Positions 37,369-47,065 of a stretch of 64,000 bases of DNA are shown piece by piece. The DNA is taken from the NCBI GenBank assembly GCA_045636845.1, contig JAZTYG010000011.1, positions 1,345-65,344 of the forward strand, written 5' to 3'. Positions within the stretch are counted from its first letter, which is position 1, and each line of letters opens with the position of its first letter. Position numbers and translations under genes: made by a program. The DNA is from Candidatus Scatosoma sp. Lineage in GTDB: Bacteria; Bacillota; Clostridia; Christensenellales; Borkfalkiaceae. The notes beneath the pieces were generated by a model. That model saw nothing but the letters and a program-made list of their open reading frames with translations, did no database searches and was not told the DNA's origin.

Positions 37369-40300
37369 TTACGGCATTTCCACCTGGAAACCTTGGTTAA
37401 TATTAACGATGGCGCAACGGATTTTTTCTTCATGGATACCTAAAATTTTTGCCGTAGCTTGACGGTACAAATGCAGTTGCGCCTTGTAATGCGCCGCCAA
37501 ATATTCCGCGCCGCCCTTAGAGAACTTATAATCGATAATCTGCACCTCGCCGTTTTCGCCAACCGCAAGCAAGTCGATTGCGCCTTGGAAAATAACCGTT
37601 TCCTCTTGGTTGTTCGCCCACGCAGGATGCGCGCCCTGCGCCTTTGCAAAAGTATCCCCAACGGGCAGCGCCACCAAGAATTTTTGTTCTTTGTACAAGC
37701 GTTTTCCTTGCAGCTGCTTGAATACAGAATTTGACAAAATTTCCAACAATTTTTCTTCAGAAAGCAAGTTCACCGCATACCTGCCCCCTTCATTTGCCTT
37801 TTCACACACTTCGGAAATGATTTCCTTCAAGCGTGCTTTTTCCACAAACTTACCCTGTTCATCATACATAAGGTCAAAGTTAAAATCTTCCAAAAAGGCG
37901 TGATAAGCGACACCGATTTCCTTACCTGTATCCGTTTCATCCGCATCAAACGTCCTTTCCACCGACAGGGGTTGTTCTTGCTCCATAGCTTGCTCATACG
38001 ACCGCATTAAGCCCGTCGCCGAACTCTTTACAGGCAAGTTTTCCATACCCTCAAAGGCATACTTCCACAAGAACGCGTCCTTGATTTGCCCCGCAAGGAC
38101 TTCATCCGGACGAAACACAAGCGCAGTACGCGCCTGCTTCGGCATATCTTGCAAATGATCTTCTACGATATAATCTTTCCATACGGAGAAGTTGGTAAAC
38201 TCCGCAAAGGAATGGGCATATTTTACATCGGGCATCGGGATAGGTTCGGTAAAGAGCATATGCAAGCCGTATTTCGCGCGCGTCAACGCAACATAATACA
38301 GGTTTAGCCCGTCGGCAAGAGAGCTTTCCTCTTCCTTGATTTCGTGCAAGCGGCGCAACACTGTCGTACGCTTCACCATTGTTTCCGCCTTGAAGGCGCG
38401 GGGCGCGAGCCCGTACACTTCTTCCACGAATACCTCATCACGATCGGTACCGCGGAAGGCTTCGCTAAGGTTGTCCAAAATAACGATGGGATATTCTAAC
38501 CCCTTCGAGGAGTGCATCGTCAAGACCTTGACCGAATCCTCACCGCCGTTTTCGCTGTATTCAATTTTGTAATCCATATCACGCAAACGATCCAAGAACT
38601 CGTGTACACAAAGAGGCTCGGGGTTGGTCGTTTCCTCAATAAAACGGTTCATACGGCGAAGCGCCGAAACGCCGTTCGGACGGGACAACAAATCCGCCTC
38701 CATACGGGTTTCCGAAATAATCCTCGTCAACAACTCCCCTGCGTCCAAAACACGGGAAAGGGTACGGATTTCCTCATAATAGTTGTAGAATTTTTGCAAT
38801 TTTTCCGACAAGGCGTCCTGTTTTTCCTGCATATAACGCTTGCACGCTTTACGGAAGAAATGCTCCTTGCTGTAAGCAAGACGAATGGTTGCCAAATCAT
38901 CCACCGTCAAGCCGCCCACAGCCGACAGCAACGCGCTGCAAAGAGGGATATCCTGCTCTGCGTTATCAATCAAGGACAGCAAGTCAATCAACATTTTCAC
39001 TTCGGAGAAATCGCAAATATTGACAGCCGCCGCGGCGGTTACAGGCACACCTTCAAACGAAAGCGCCTCCACCGTACGCGCAATTTGCCCCTGCTTTTTC
39101 CTCGACAGCACGGCAATATCCGAATAACGCACAGGGCGGTATTCCTTCACGTCGGGATCGTAGAAGGTTTTACTTCTTTCCTCGTCGATGATATGCCGAA
39201 TGGTTTTTGCGAGCACACTCATCTCTTGTTCTTCACGGTTGGCTTGCTGCATAACCGAGTACACGCCACGCTCTAACAGGTCCTCTTTGGGTGCTTTTCC
39301 GATGAAGTGAATACACACTCTACCATCGTTCAACGCATACCTGCCCCCCTTCTCCATGTAAGAACCGCGCGCGTAGTCCACGGCGCACACCTTCTTGGTC
39401 ATAGCGAGGGCGAATTGAGAATTGACCGCATCCAACACCTTATCCGAGCTTCGGAAATTTCGCGACATAAACAAATTTGCACCGCCGTTTTCCTCGAACT
39501 CCGTTTGCTTTTCCACAAAGAAACGAGATTTACTGCCGCGGAAACCGTAAATCGCCTGCTTCACGTCCCCCACAAGGAAAAGATTTTCACCGCTCATGCG
39601 CGAAATCAGCGCTTCCTGTACGGGGTTCACATCTTGATATTCATCCACGAACACAAAACGGTATTTTTGACGCATTTCCGTAACAACCTCTTCGTTGTCC
39701 AACAACGCGAGCGCCTTATGCTCCAAATCGTTGTAATCCAAGACGCCGCGTTCCAACTTCAGGCGTTCGTACTTCTCATCAAAACGCAACAAGTACTCCG
39801 CCAAAATCGCCGCAGTCCTACCCGATTGCAGAAAATCCTCCAGCTCTTCCTCACGGGTGAGCATCTTTGCAAGCTCTTCGTCCACAATTTTAACAATGCG
39901 GTCCTTCAAAAAGGAGAGCTTTTCACGGTATTCTACACGCTCCGCGCTATCCTTTTTCGTACCGCGGTTGACGGTGAATTTAGGCTTTTGCACAGCACAC
40001 GCCGCAAAATAGTCCTTCGCATACATCAACTCGTCCAAAAGCGCCAACAACTCATCGCAAAGGGAAAGCTGCAGGCTTTTTTCGTCCGCCAAGAAGTAGG
40101 CGCGCACATCTTCCACCAGCTCGTAATAATACCTACATTTTTCCTGTAATTTCTTGTATAAATCCGCGCATACCGCTTCAAAAGTTTCCACCGTATAACC
40201 CTTCGAATTTTCAAGATATGCACGATAATCCGCGCGGTTGCGTAATTCTTCATAGGTCTTTAAGAAAATTTCACGCAAAGCACGATCGCTCTTCTTTCTC

Positions 40301-40791
40301 CAATACAAGGACAAGAGGTAGTTAAAGTTCTCCTCCTTCCGTTCGTAGCCTTCTTCCAACAAATCGTCCAGCGCCATATTTTTCAACGCCATACCTTCCG
40401 CATCATCACCGCCGATTACGCGGAAACTACTGTCGACCCCTGCAAAGTAAAAGTGAGAACGAAGCATCTTCGCACAGAAGGAATGAATGGTAGAAATGTC
40501 CGCGCCGGGCACCTCCGCAAGTTGCTTTTTCAAGATATCCCGACGATCCGCCGTGGTGGTATCGCGGTTGATTTCCTCAATCAATTCTTTACAAAGCTTT
40601 TCCTTCATCTGCGCCGCCGCTTTCTTGGTGAAGGTAACGGCGAGGATTTCCCCTACGCCCGTACCCTCCTTAATCAAGCGGATAATTTTTTCAATCATAA
40701 CGGTAGTTTTGCCGCTGCCTGCGGAGGCGGAAACAATGGTTTTACCCTGCGATTCAATCGCGCGTAATTGTTCTTGTGTGAAATTCGCCAT
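37369..40791 (-). CDS. addA: ATP-dependent helicase/nuclease subunit A (AddA/RexA)
   Basis: UvrD/Rep-type motifs: ASAGSGKTTVM, VDEYQDVNPVQ, LTMHSSKGLEYPIV. C-terminal PD-(D/E)xK nuclease: GAIDLLAV...IIDYKFSK. Starts 3 nt after addB. Confidence 0.9.
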   Translation of the reverse strand: MANFTQEQLRAIESQGKTIVSASAGSGKTTVMIEKIIRLIKEGTGVGEILAVTFTKKAAAQMKEKLCKELIEEINRDTTTADRRDILKKQLAEVPGADISTIHSFCAKMLRSHFYFAGVDSSFRVIGGDDAEGMALKNMALDDLLEEGYERKEENFNYLLSLYWRKKSDRALREIFLKTYEELRNRADYRAYLENSKGYTVETFEAVCADLYKKLQEKCRYYYELVEDVRAYFLADEKSLQLSLCDELLALLDELMYAKDYFAACAVQKPKFTVNRGTKKDSAERVEYREKLSFLKDRIVKIVDEELAKMLTREEELEDFLQSGRTAAILAEYLLRFDEKYERLKLERGVLDYNDLEHKALALLDNEEVVTEMRQKYRFVFVDEYQDVNPVQEALISRMSGENLFLVGDVKQAIYGFRGSKSRFFVEKQTEFEENGGANLFMSRNFRSSDKVLDAVNSQFALAMTKKVCAVDYARGSYMEKGGRYALNDGRVCIHFIGKAPKEDLLERGVYSVMQQANREEQEMSVLAKTIRHIIDEERSKTFYDPDVKEYRPVRYSDIAVLSRKKQGQIARTVEALSFEGVPVTAAAAVNICDFSEVKMLIDLLSLIDNAEQDIPLCSALLSAVGGLTVDDLATIRLAYSKEHFFRKACKRYMQEKQDALSEKLQKFYNYYEEIRTLSRVLDAGELLTRIISETRMEADLLSRPNGVSALRRMNRFIEETTNPEPLCVHEFLDRLRDMDYKIEYSENGGEDSVKVLTMHSSKGLEYPIVILDNLSEAFRGTDRDEVFVEEVYGLAPRAFKAETMVKRTTVLRRLHEIKEEESSLADGLNLYYVALTRAKYGLHMLFTEPIPMPDVKYAHSFAEFTNFSVWKDYIVEDHLQDMPKQARTALVFRPDEVLAGQIKDAFLWKYAFEGMENLPVKSSATGLMRSYEQAMEQEQPLSVERTFDADETDTGKEIGVAYHAFLEDFNFDLMYDEQGKFVEKARLKEIISEVCEKANEGGRYAVNLLSEEKLLEILSNSVFKQLQGKRLYKEQKFLVALPVGDTFAKAQGAHPAWANNQEETVIFQGAIDLLAVGENGEVQIIDYKFSKGGAEYLAAHYKAQLHLYRQATAKILGIHEEKIRCAIVNINQGFQVEMP
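37769..37788 (-). repeat. oriented 20-nt word, copy 2 (in addA, frame 0: GGRYAVN)
   Basis: Plus strand ttcaccgcatacctgccccc. Confidence 0.8.
39329..39348 (-). repeat. oriented 20-nt word, copy 3 (in addA, frame 0: GGRYALN)
   Basis: Plus strand ttcaacgcatacctgccccc(c). Confidence 0.8.
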
Positions 40792-40794
40792 TTA

Positions 40795-43700
40795 TTACTC
40801 CTCCCCTTCCCGTTGTCTTTTTGCAATTTTTGCAATCACACCTGTATCCACAGCAGGTTCTTTTCTCGGTTGTACACAGTCCTTGTTAAAACCGCACATA
40901 CCGCCATATTTACAATATTCACAGCTCTTATCATAGGGGGATGCCGCAACATACCCTGCCTTCAACTCCTTACAGCCCTGTCGAGCCACATGTATCGAGT
41001 AATCAATGAAATCACGGAAGGTTTCCTCATCCATAACACGCTTTGTCCTTGCACTGTTCTTCAAGGCGGCAGGGAAGTACTCACTCTTCACCGTTTCTTC
41101 CACCTGCGAAAGCCCTTTATCACCGCAAAGCAACGCCTCTTCCGACCCATTGATAAAGCCGCGCATGCGGAAACGGCCTTCATCATCCGAGACATAATTT
41201 ACCGACGCGGGGAAGTAAAAGACCCCAGCAGGTATGCGTTCACCTTTCAATTCTGACATATAAAGCTGTAACTGAAGCTTCTGTCCTGTATAGTACGATG
41301 TCGCCGAATCGTCAATCGTACCCGTCTTATAATCGATGATACGCACATATTTATCCGTACCATCTACGCGGTCAACTTTACCGTTGAAATAATCCGCGGA
41401 AATGAGCTCCTCCGCCTTCTCCACAAGGAAGTCAGAATTTTTAATTTGTCGATATGCAGCCGCCGCAACGTCCACCCCTTCTTGAAGAAGCTTGTCCGAG
41501 AACACCTCGCCCGATGCCGTATCCTGTTGCATAAGGTAAATGGATTTTTGAAGAAGTCTCGAGCCTTCCTCACGCGCAAACGCACGCAATTCCTCTTCCG
41601 TTTCAAAACGCGAAACTTCCTTTGTGGTCACCTGTAACAATTCGTGGATAAAGTTCCCCGTATCCACCGCAAGCACCGTTGCTTCTTCGCGTTCTTTGAG
41701 GTGCAAGCCACGCTCCGCAAAGTTCTTAAACGGGCAATTAAAGTAGCTTTCCAAGCCTGTCGGTGATACCTTTCCGTCGTGGAAAAACAGTTCCTCGCCA
41801 CGTTCAACGCATACCTGCCCCCCTCGTTCCGCCAAATAGTCGTCTTTTTCGGTTACACTCAACTTATCCAAAGCCGTAAACAAAGACGAGTATTGCAAGC
41901 GTGTATCTTCGCGTTTTGCCTCGTATTCACTCTTTTCAATAAGCAACTGTCGAATGGCAGGTGCAACCGCCGAACACTTATACGCAAAATCGCTAGGCAA
42001 CATTTTTTTACGGCGAGGCAATTTCCCACCGTTCACCTCAACAAATAATCTATCAATATAACGGAATACATCGCTCAAGGAGGGTTCACTGCCATCGGCA
42101 GCCAAAGGATAGCTAAGATGCAAAGTATCGGTAAACGCGCAAAGATTTAAGCATACGCTTTCACGGGCACGCAGGTTAACCTCCGCCACCGTTGGTTCCA
42201 TCATCGCCTTCACCTCGGCAAGACGGGCAATTTCCTTATCTGAAACAATGGCCGTATCCGCCGATGCCCTCGGTACGCTTTCCGTCATACCCATCGCAAA
42301 CAAAACGGTTGCCTTTTCAATACGGCTGTCGGTAATGTCCCCGATAAACACCGCATCCACCTTCACAGGGATAAGGGAAATCTCCGTTGCCTCCAAGCCG
42401 TTTTTCAAAACCGCCTCAAATTCTGCAACCGTCATTTCTTTGTCGCCCGTCAAAAGCTCCGCCTCCGTAAGCACCCCTTCCAAGGCCTTATCAATTTGTG
42501 CAAGATATCCTTTTTGTGCCACGTCATCAATGGTATTTTCAAGCGCCACCAAGGCATTTTGAATGTCAAAATCTACAAGAATTTTTCGTACCGCGCGGCA
42601 ATAGTCTCGACCATGCCCACTTGTTTTGATGCCACTCGTTGCCAAAAGCACTCTTTCGCGCGCGTTTTCGAGCGCCTCGCGATTGTACCCTTTTACCGCA
42701 TCGCCGTCCTTAATCGGGCGCTTCGCGCCACCGCGGTAGTTGGCGAATTTATACAAATAATTGCGGTATTCGTCACTCTCACCAAACAGCACATTTTGCG
42801 TCAAAGATTGTACCGCAATCGGGGAAAAGTTTTCACGCACAACACGGAAACAATCAAGCAAAAAACGACTAACAGGGTGTCTTCTTAAAGATTTCTTCTC
42901 ATCAATAAAGTAAGGAATACTATATTCCGCAAGCGCCTTTTTTAAGGGCAACGCATACGACGCAACGTCGGGTACAAGCACGGAAATATCCCGATAACGA
43001 AGGGTAGGATTTTCCGTAACCGCGCGACGGATTTTCGTCGCAACATATTCCGCCTCCACCGTTTTATCATCCGCTTCAAACAGACAAATCTTTTCCGTTT
43101 CCGTCTTCACACTCGCACGAATGGGGTTAAACAGCCCTTTGCGTAAAATTTCCGCCTCGCCGCCAAGCGGTTTGCCAAGGTCGCGCACCTGCACCTTGCC
43201 ATATTCCGCACAAACACCCGAAAATGCCTGCACTGCGCGGTTGGCGTAAATTTCTTCCTCGCCGCAACAAAAGATACCGATTACATTCGCAGCCGTTTCT
43301 AAAACCGCGCGGATGGCTTCGCGCGCCTGCGCCGTAAAGGAATTGTACCCCAAAAAGAATACATTGACCCCTTTCAATACGCCTTCCTTGCGGATTTTTG
43401 CAGGCAACAGGGATAAATATTTACTCTCATCCACCAAACCGCTATCCTGTAAAAATGCGGTGTAGCCCTCATAAATCACAGCCAAGTCCGACACCTTTTT
43501 CTTCAACATATCATCAGGCAAAAGAGCAACACTCTCTTTCAATACCTCAGGTGTAATTTCCGAAGCGGACAACTGTGCCAGCGTTTCATAGATGCAACGG
43601 GCATTATTCCCGATGCCTGTGGTTGAGGTAAAGCATTGCAAGGCTTTCGCGCGTTGTAAACGGGTCATTACTTCCCCTACCGCCATAACCGAGCCTTCTT

Positions 43701-43923
43701 TGCTAATCGTATGTTCTTCCGTCTTCAAAAAGCGTGCAAAGGTTGCCACATGCGAACGGAATGTACCGCCCAAACGCGCAAGCAACGCCCGCTCCGCAAG
43801 CAAAGTCAAACGGTCCTCACAAAAAATGAGGTTGACCTCACCCCTCTCCTCATAAGCCGCCGCATATTCTGCCATTACTTCCATACATTGCAACAATGTA
43901 TAAGCCTTCAAAATTGCGTTCAT
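40795..43923 (-). CDS. addB: ATP-dependent helicase/nuclease subunit B (AddB/RexB)
   Basis: AAGGAGGGG RBS. Degenerate helicase-like N-part. C-terminal RecB-type nuclease (DRVDG...IIDYKTG) bracketed by Fe-S cysteines (FNCPFKNF ... CEYCKYGGMC). Gene order is addB then addA. Confidence 0.85.
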   Translation of the reverse strand: MNAILKAYTLLQCMEVMAEYAAAYEERGEVNLIFCEDRLTLLAERALLARLGGTFRSHVATFARFLKTEEHTISKEGSVMAVGEVMTRLQRAKALQCFTSTTGIGNNARCIYETLAQLSASEITPEVLKESVALLPDDMLKKKVSDLAVIYEGYTAFLQDSGLVDESKYLSLLPAKIRKEGVLKGVNVFFLGYNSFTAQAREAIRAVLETAANVIGIFCCGEEEIYANRAVQAFSGVCAEYGKVQVRDLGKPLGGEAEILRKGLFNPIRASVKTETEKICLFEADDKTVEAEYVATKIRRAVTENPTLRYRDISVLVPDVASYALPLKKALAEYSIPYFIDEKKSLRRHPVSRFLLDCFRVVRENFSPIAVQSLTQNVLFGESDEYRNYLYKFANYRGGAKRPIKDGDAVKGYNREALENARERVLLATSGIKTSGHGRDYCRAVRKILVDFDIQNALVALENTIDDVAQKGYLAQIDKALEGVLTEAELLTGDKEMTVAEFEAVLKNGLEATEISLIPVKVDAVFIGDITDSRIEKATVLFAMGMTESVPRASADTAIVSDKEIARLAEVKAMMEPTVAEVNLRARESVCLNLCAFTDTLHLSYPLAADGSEPSLSDVFRYIDRLFVEVNGGKLPRRKKMLPSDFAYKCSAVAPAIRQLLIEKSEYEAKREDTRLQYSSLFTALDKLSVTEKDDYLAERGGQVCVERGEELFFHDGKVSPTGLESYFNCPFKNFAERGLHLKEREEATVLAVDTGNFIHELLQVTTKEVSRFETEEELRAFAREEGSRLLQKSIYLMQQDTASGEVFSDKLLQEGVDVAAAAYRQIKNSDFLVEKAEELISADYFNGKVDRVDGTDKYVRIIDYKTGTIDDSATSYYTGQKLQLQLYMSELKGERIPAGVFYFPASVNYVSDDEGRFRMRGFINGSEEALLCGDKGLSQVEETVKSEYFPAALKNSARTKRVMDEETFRDFIDYSIHVARQGCKELKAGYVAASPYDKSCEYCKYGGMCGFNKDCVQPRKEPAVDTGVIAKIAKRQREGEE
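41803..41822 (-). repeat. oriented 20-nt word, copy 4 (in addB, frame +1: RGGQVCVE)
   Basis: Plus strand ttcaacgcatacctgccccc(c). 21 of 21 nt identical to copy 3. Confidence 0.8.
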
Positions 43924-43949
43924 AGCCCCTCCTTAATCTCTTTTTCATT

Positions 43950-43978
43950 ATTATACCATATTTAAAGGTAATTTTTCA
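43950..43978 (-). promoter_or_regulatory. candidate addBA promoter (TG-extended -10)
   Basis: Minus strand TGgTATAAT (-10 at 43955-43950). Weak -35 TGAAAA at a 17-nt spacing. 27 nt upstream of the addB ATG. Confidence 0.45.
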
Positions 43979-44019
43979 GCTTTTTTTCACAATAAATTTG
44001 TGGAAATCTCAATTTTGTT

Positions 44020-44048
44020 TTTACAAATTTGAAATTATGTGGTATAAT
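44020..44048 (+). promoter_or_regulatory. promoter of the divergent lipoprotein gene
   Basis: TTTACA (44020-44025), 17 nt, TGgTATAAT (-10 at 44043-44048). 58 nt upstream of ATG 44107. Confidence 0.55.
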
Positions 44049-44106
44049 AATAGAAAATGAATGATTTTTACAGCGAAGCGTAACCGCTTTCCGTATAGGA
44101 GTATTT

Positions 44107-45087
44107 ATGAAAAGGAAGAAAATTTCCACCCTACTTGCCCTCCTTTTGGGCTTGACCGCACTCGGCGGTTGTACAAACACCGATCAAAAAGTGGGTTTTG
44201 CGAACTTTTGGAGCGCGAATTCCACAGGTTCGGAAGAAGAAATCCACGAAACCTTGGTTTACGACGTTGCATTTGAAAGCACGGCGGCTAGCTTTGTAGG
44301 CTATACGCTTAATTATAAAGACGGGAAATACACCACCGTTTTGACAAGTGCGAAGGAAAACGATAAAACCGTTTACACCTATACCACGGAGTTGACGATT
44401 ACCGCGCAATACACCTTGAACAATGTCACGGAAGAATGTCAAGATGTGGTTACCTCAACGGTGAAATTCTACGCGGCGACCTATGGTTTGCAACCCATTT
44501 CATCGGAAAAGGAATGGAGCGCAAGCACCCCCAACGGCACGACAGGCACAAAGACGAGCGAATGTTATTCGCAATACCACTACACCTCCAAGGTTGTGTA
44601 CAATGAAGATTGCTCTGAAGGCACTTCTACTGTAACGCAATACCTTTCCGAGGGCGATCCCAAAGCCGATGAACACACCTTCACCATCGACCAAAAGAAA
44701 TTCCGTTTCTTGGACAATGAACAAGTGTTGCTTGCTTTACGCGCGGTAAGAAATAGCACCTCGTCCGCAAAGGTAAATGCATATAGCCCCTTCGTAAAGG
44801 CGGTGCAACAGGTGGCTTGGAAGTTCGACGCGGATAAGAGCGCGGAGTTCTCCTTCTACAAGAACGGTAGCGAAGAAAAAGTGAAGAGCACGATCACCTA
44901 TCGTCCCGTTAGCATTGTTTTGAACGAAAAGAACCCCGGGGCAACGCAAACGGCGTGGATTGCGAAAAAGCCCGAAACCTCTAACTCCGCCAACACAAAC
45001 CGTAATGTGATGCTCCGTTTGGAAACCCCCTTGTCCTATAACTTGGGTAAGTTGGTTTACACATTAAATTCCGCATCTTATAAATAA
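44107..45087 (+). CDS. hypothetical lipoprotein (326 aa); the only plus-strand gene
   Basis: AGGAG 7 nt before the ATG. Signal MKRKKISTLLALLLGLTALGGC (lipobox LGGC). Beta-rich mature part with no family recognised. Confidence 0.7.
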   Translation: MKRKKISTLLALLLGLTALGGCTNTDQKVGFANFWSANSTGSEEEIHETLVYDVAFESTAASFVGYTLNYKDGKYTTVLTSAKENDKTVYTYTTELTITAQYTLNNVTEECQDVVTSTVKFYAATYGLQPISSEKEWSASTPNGTTGTKTSECYSQYHYTSKVVYNEDCSEGTSTVTQYLSEGDPKADEHTFTIDQKKFRFLDNEQVLLALRAVRNSTSSAKVNAYSPFVKAVQQVAWKFDADKSAEFSFYKNGSEEKVKSTITYRPVSIVLNEKNPGATQTAWIAKKPETSNSANTNRNVMLRLETPLSYNLGKLVYTLNSASYK

Positions 45088-45097
45088 AGGTAAAAAT

Positions 45098-45132
45098 GAA
45101 AACAGCTTGCAAAATCTGCAAGCTGTTTTTTG
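45098..45132. terminator. bidirectional intrinsic terminator between the convergent lipoprotein gene and hpt
   Basis: ACAGCTTGCA (45102-45111), loop AAATC, TGCAAGCTGT (45117-45126): a perfect 10-bp stem flanked by an A-run upstream and T6 downstream. Confidence 0.8.
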
Positions 45133-45162
45133 TTGTCTTAATACAAATAATCTAAATAACCC

Positions 45163-45711
45163 TTACTTTTCATACACCCAACGGCTAAGGATACCCACAT
45201 AGGGCAGGTCGCGATATTTTTCCGCATAATCCAAACCGTAGCCGATAACAAATTCGTCCTCAATTTCAAAGCAGGTGTAATCCGCCTTGATATCCACTGT
45301 ACGGCGCGCGGGTTTATCAAGCAACGTTACGATGCGAAGGCTGGCAGGGTTGCGAGTTCTTAACATCTCTTTCAACGCGTACATGGTATTGCCGGAATCG
45401 ATAATATCCTCTACAATCAACACTTCTTTCCCTTCAATATTAGAGAAAAGGTCTAAGCCTACGGACAATCTACCGCTGCTGCTTGTACCAAAACCGTAAG
45501 AGGAAACCTTCATAAATTCTACGCTGGTAGGTGTCTTCATCGCACGGATTAAATCGGCAAAAAAGATTACGCTGCCCTTCAAAATACAAACGGCAATCAC
45601 CTCTTTGCCTTGATAATCCTCGTCAATTTTTTTCGCCAACTCCTTAATACGGTCCGCAATTTGCGTTTCAGAAAGTAACACCCTTTCAATTTCCGATTTT
45701 TCCATGTTCAT
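45163..45711 (-). CDS. hpt: hypoxanthine phosphoribosyltransferase
   Basis: PRPP-binding motif EVLIVEDIIDSGNTM. Also KGSVIFFADL and GYGLDYAEKYRDLPYVG. 182 aa. Directly downstream of tilS, as in many Firmicutes. Confidence 0.9.
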   Translation of the reverse strand: MNMEKSEIERVLLSETQIADRIKELAKKIDEDYQGKEVIAVCILKGSVIFFADLIRAMKTPTSVEFMKVSSYGFGTSSSGRLSVGLDLFSNIEGKEVLIVEDIIDSGNTMYALKEMLRTRNPASLRIVTLLDKPARRTVDIKADYTCFEIEDEFVIGYGLDYAEKYRDLPYVGILSRWVYEK

Positions 45712-45727
45712 AAGTATATCTCCTGCT

Positions 45728-47065
45728 TTATTTTTTTCGTATGGATATAGTAAGTGTTTTTTTTGTGTCAGCCGTCACCTTTACTTTTTCAGATATTTCC
45801 ACACCGCATACCACATAAACCTCACCGTTTTTTTCCGCAATCAACGGTAAATATTCACGCTCGGCAACGGGCGTGTTTTCTTCATTGAAAAACTTTTTCA
45901 AGGTCTTTTTCCCACCGCCAAAGCGTTGGATAAAATCGCCTTCTTGTCTAAACCGATATACCGCAGTTGCAGGGATTTTATCCCTATCCACCTGCAATAC
46001 GCGCCACGCCCCGTCCGAAGAAATCGGGTCAAGTGACACCTTCACCTCATACCTGCCCCCGTCAAATCCGTTTTGGGTAAAGATTTGCGCGATAGGTTTT
46101 TCTGCGAGCTCCTCTTCCTTTAGATGGTAAAAACGAACGCCCTTCTCCGTCTTTTCAGCCTCTACGCCCTTAGGAAAGGATAAGCGCGAGCCACGCTCTA
46201 GCCCCTGCAAACGGAAGGCATTTTCCAAATGCAAAGCGGTATAATCACGCTCTACGCCCAACGCTTTCAAAGCCATCAAGCAGGCGCGGCGAAACAATGG
46301 CTTTTTATCGCAAAAAGCAACCGTTATCCCGTCTAATTCCACCGTCAACAAGTCTTTTGCATATTCATACAGCAAACCGTCGTCTTCCGTCGCCAACCGA
46401 GAAAAACGCACAAGGTTTTCCATCGCGCCCGACACAGTTTCTTCCATCAACGGAAGGATGTTTAACCGCAATTTATTACGCGTTGCATCCAACTCAAAGT
46501 TGGTGCCATCCACGCGATACGCCAAGCCGTTTTCCTTTGCATACGCCTCAATATCCGACCTTGTCCAAGAAAGGAAAGGACGAATAATTTTCCCGTTCAA
46601 CTCGACCATGCCCCCCACGCCCGTGAGAGAAGTGCCACGCATCAAACGAAAAAGCACCGTTTCCGCATCGTCGTTTTTATGGTGCGCCGTAGCGATGAAA
46701 TCCGCCTTACCTTCCGACAATAAACGGTTAAAGCAGTCTTGGCGAAAGGCACGAGCCGCCGTTTCCAAGCTTTGCTTATCCCGTTTCGCGCGCGCAGGAC
46801 AATCTTCCGAAAACGCATACAAAGGTACGCCCTGTCGAAGGCAAAGCTCTTCCACAAAGCGCGCGTCCGCGAGGCTTTCCTCGCCGCGAATCCCATGTTC
46901 ACAATGCACAGCGCAAAGGGCGTAGCCATATTCCTTTTCTAACCCTTTCAAATAATGTAAGAGCGAAACGGAATCCACGCCGCCGCTAATCGCCACGCAA
47001 ATATGTTTTCCCGAAAAATCCTGCAAGTTTAACATACAATTAGTATAAACCCTATCTCCTATCAA
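45728..47065 (-). CDS. tilS: tRNA(Ile)-lysidine synthetase
   Basis: PP-loop VAISGGVDSVSLL. Also HHKNDDAETVLFRLMRG. Start uncertain: TTG 47065 overlaps the upstream stop (TTGA); ATG 47035 is the alternative. Confidence 0.85.
   Translation of the reverse strand: MIGDRVYTNCMLNLQDFSGKHICVAISGGVDSVSLLHYLKGLEKEYGYALCAVHCEHGIRGEESLADARFVEELCLRQGVPLYAFSEDCPARAKRDKQSLETAARAFRQDCFNRLLSEGKADFIATAHHKNDDAETVLFRLMRGTSLTGVGGMVELNGKIIRPFLSWTRSDIEAYAKENGLAYRVDGTNFELDATRNKLRLNILPLMEETVSGAMENLVRFSRLATEDDGLLYEYAKDLLTVELDGITVAFCDKKPLFRRACLMALKALGVERDYTALHLENAFRLQGLERGSRLSFPKGVEAEKTEKGVRFYHLKEEELAEKPIAQIFTQNGFDGGRYEVKVSLDPISSDGAWRVLQVDRDKIPATAVYRFRQEGDFIQRFGGGKKTLKKFFNEENTPVAEREYLPLIAEKNGEVYVVCGVEISEKVKVTADTKKTLTISIRKK
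46041..46060 (-). repeat. oriented 20-nt word, copy 5 (in tilS, frame 0: GGRYEVK)
   Basis: Plus strand ttcacctcatacctgccccc. Confidence 0.75.

Noticed and set aside
45369-45391. ttcaacgcgtacatggtattgcc in hpt, which shares the first 12 nt with copy 1 of the word.
   Set aside because: The G-rich half is missing. The match is explained by the conserved peptide MYALKE. Not counted as a copy.
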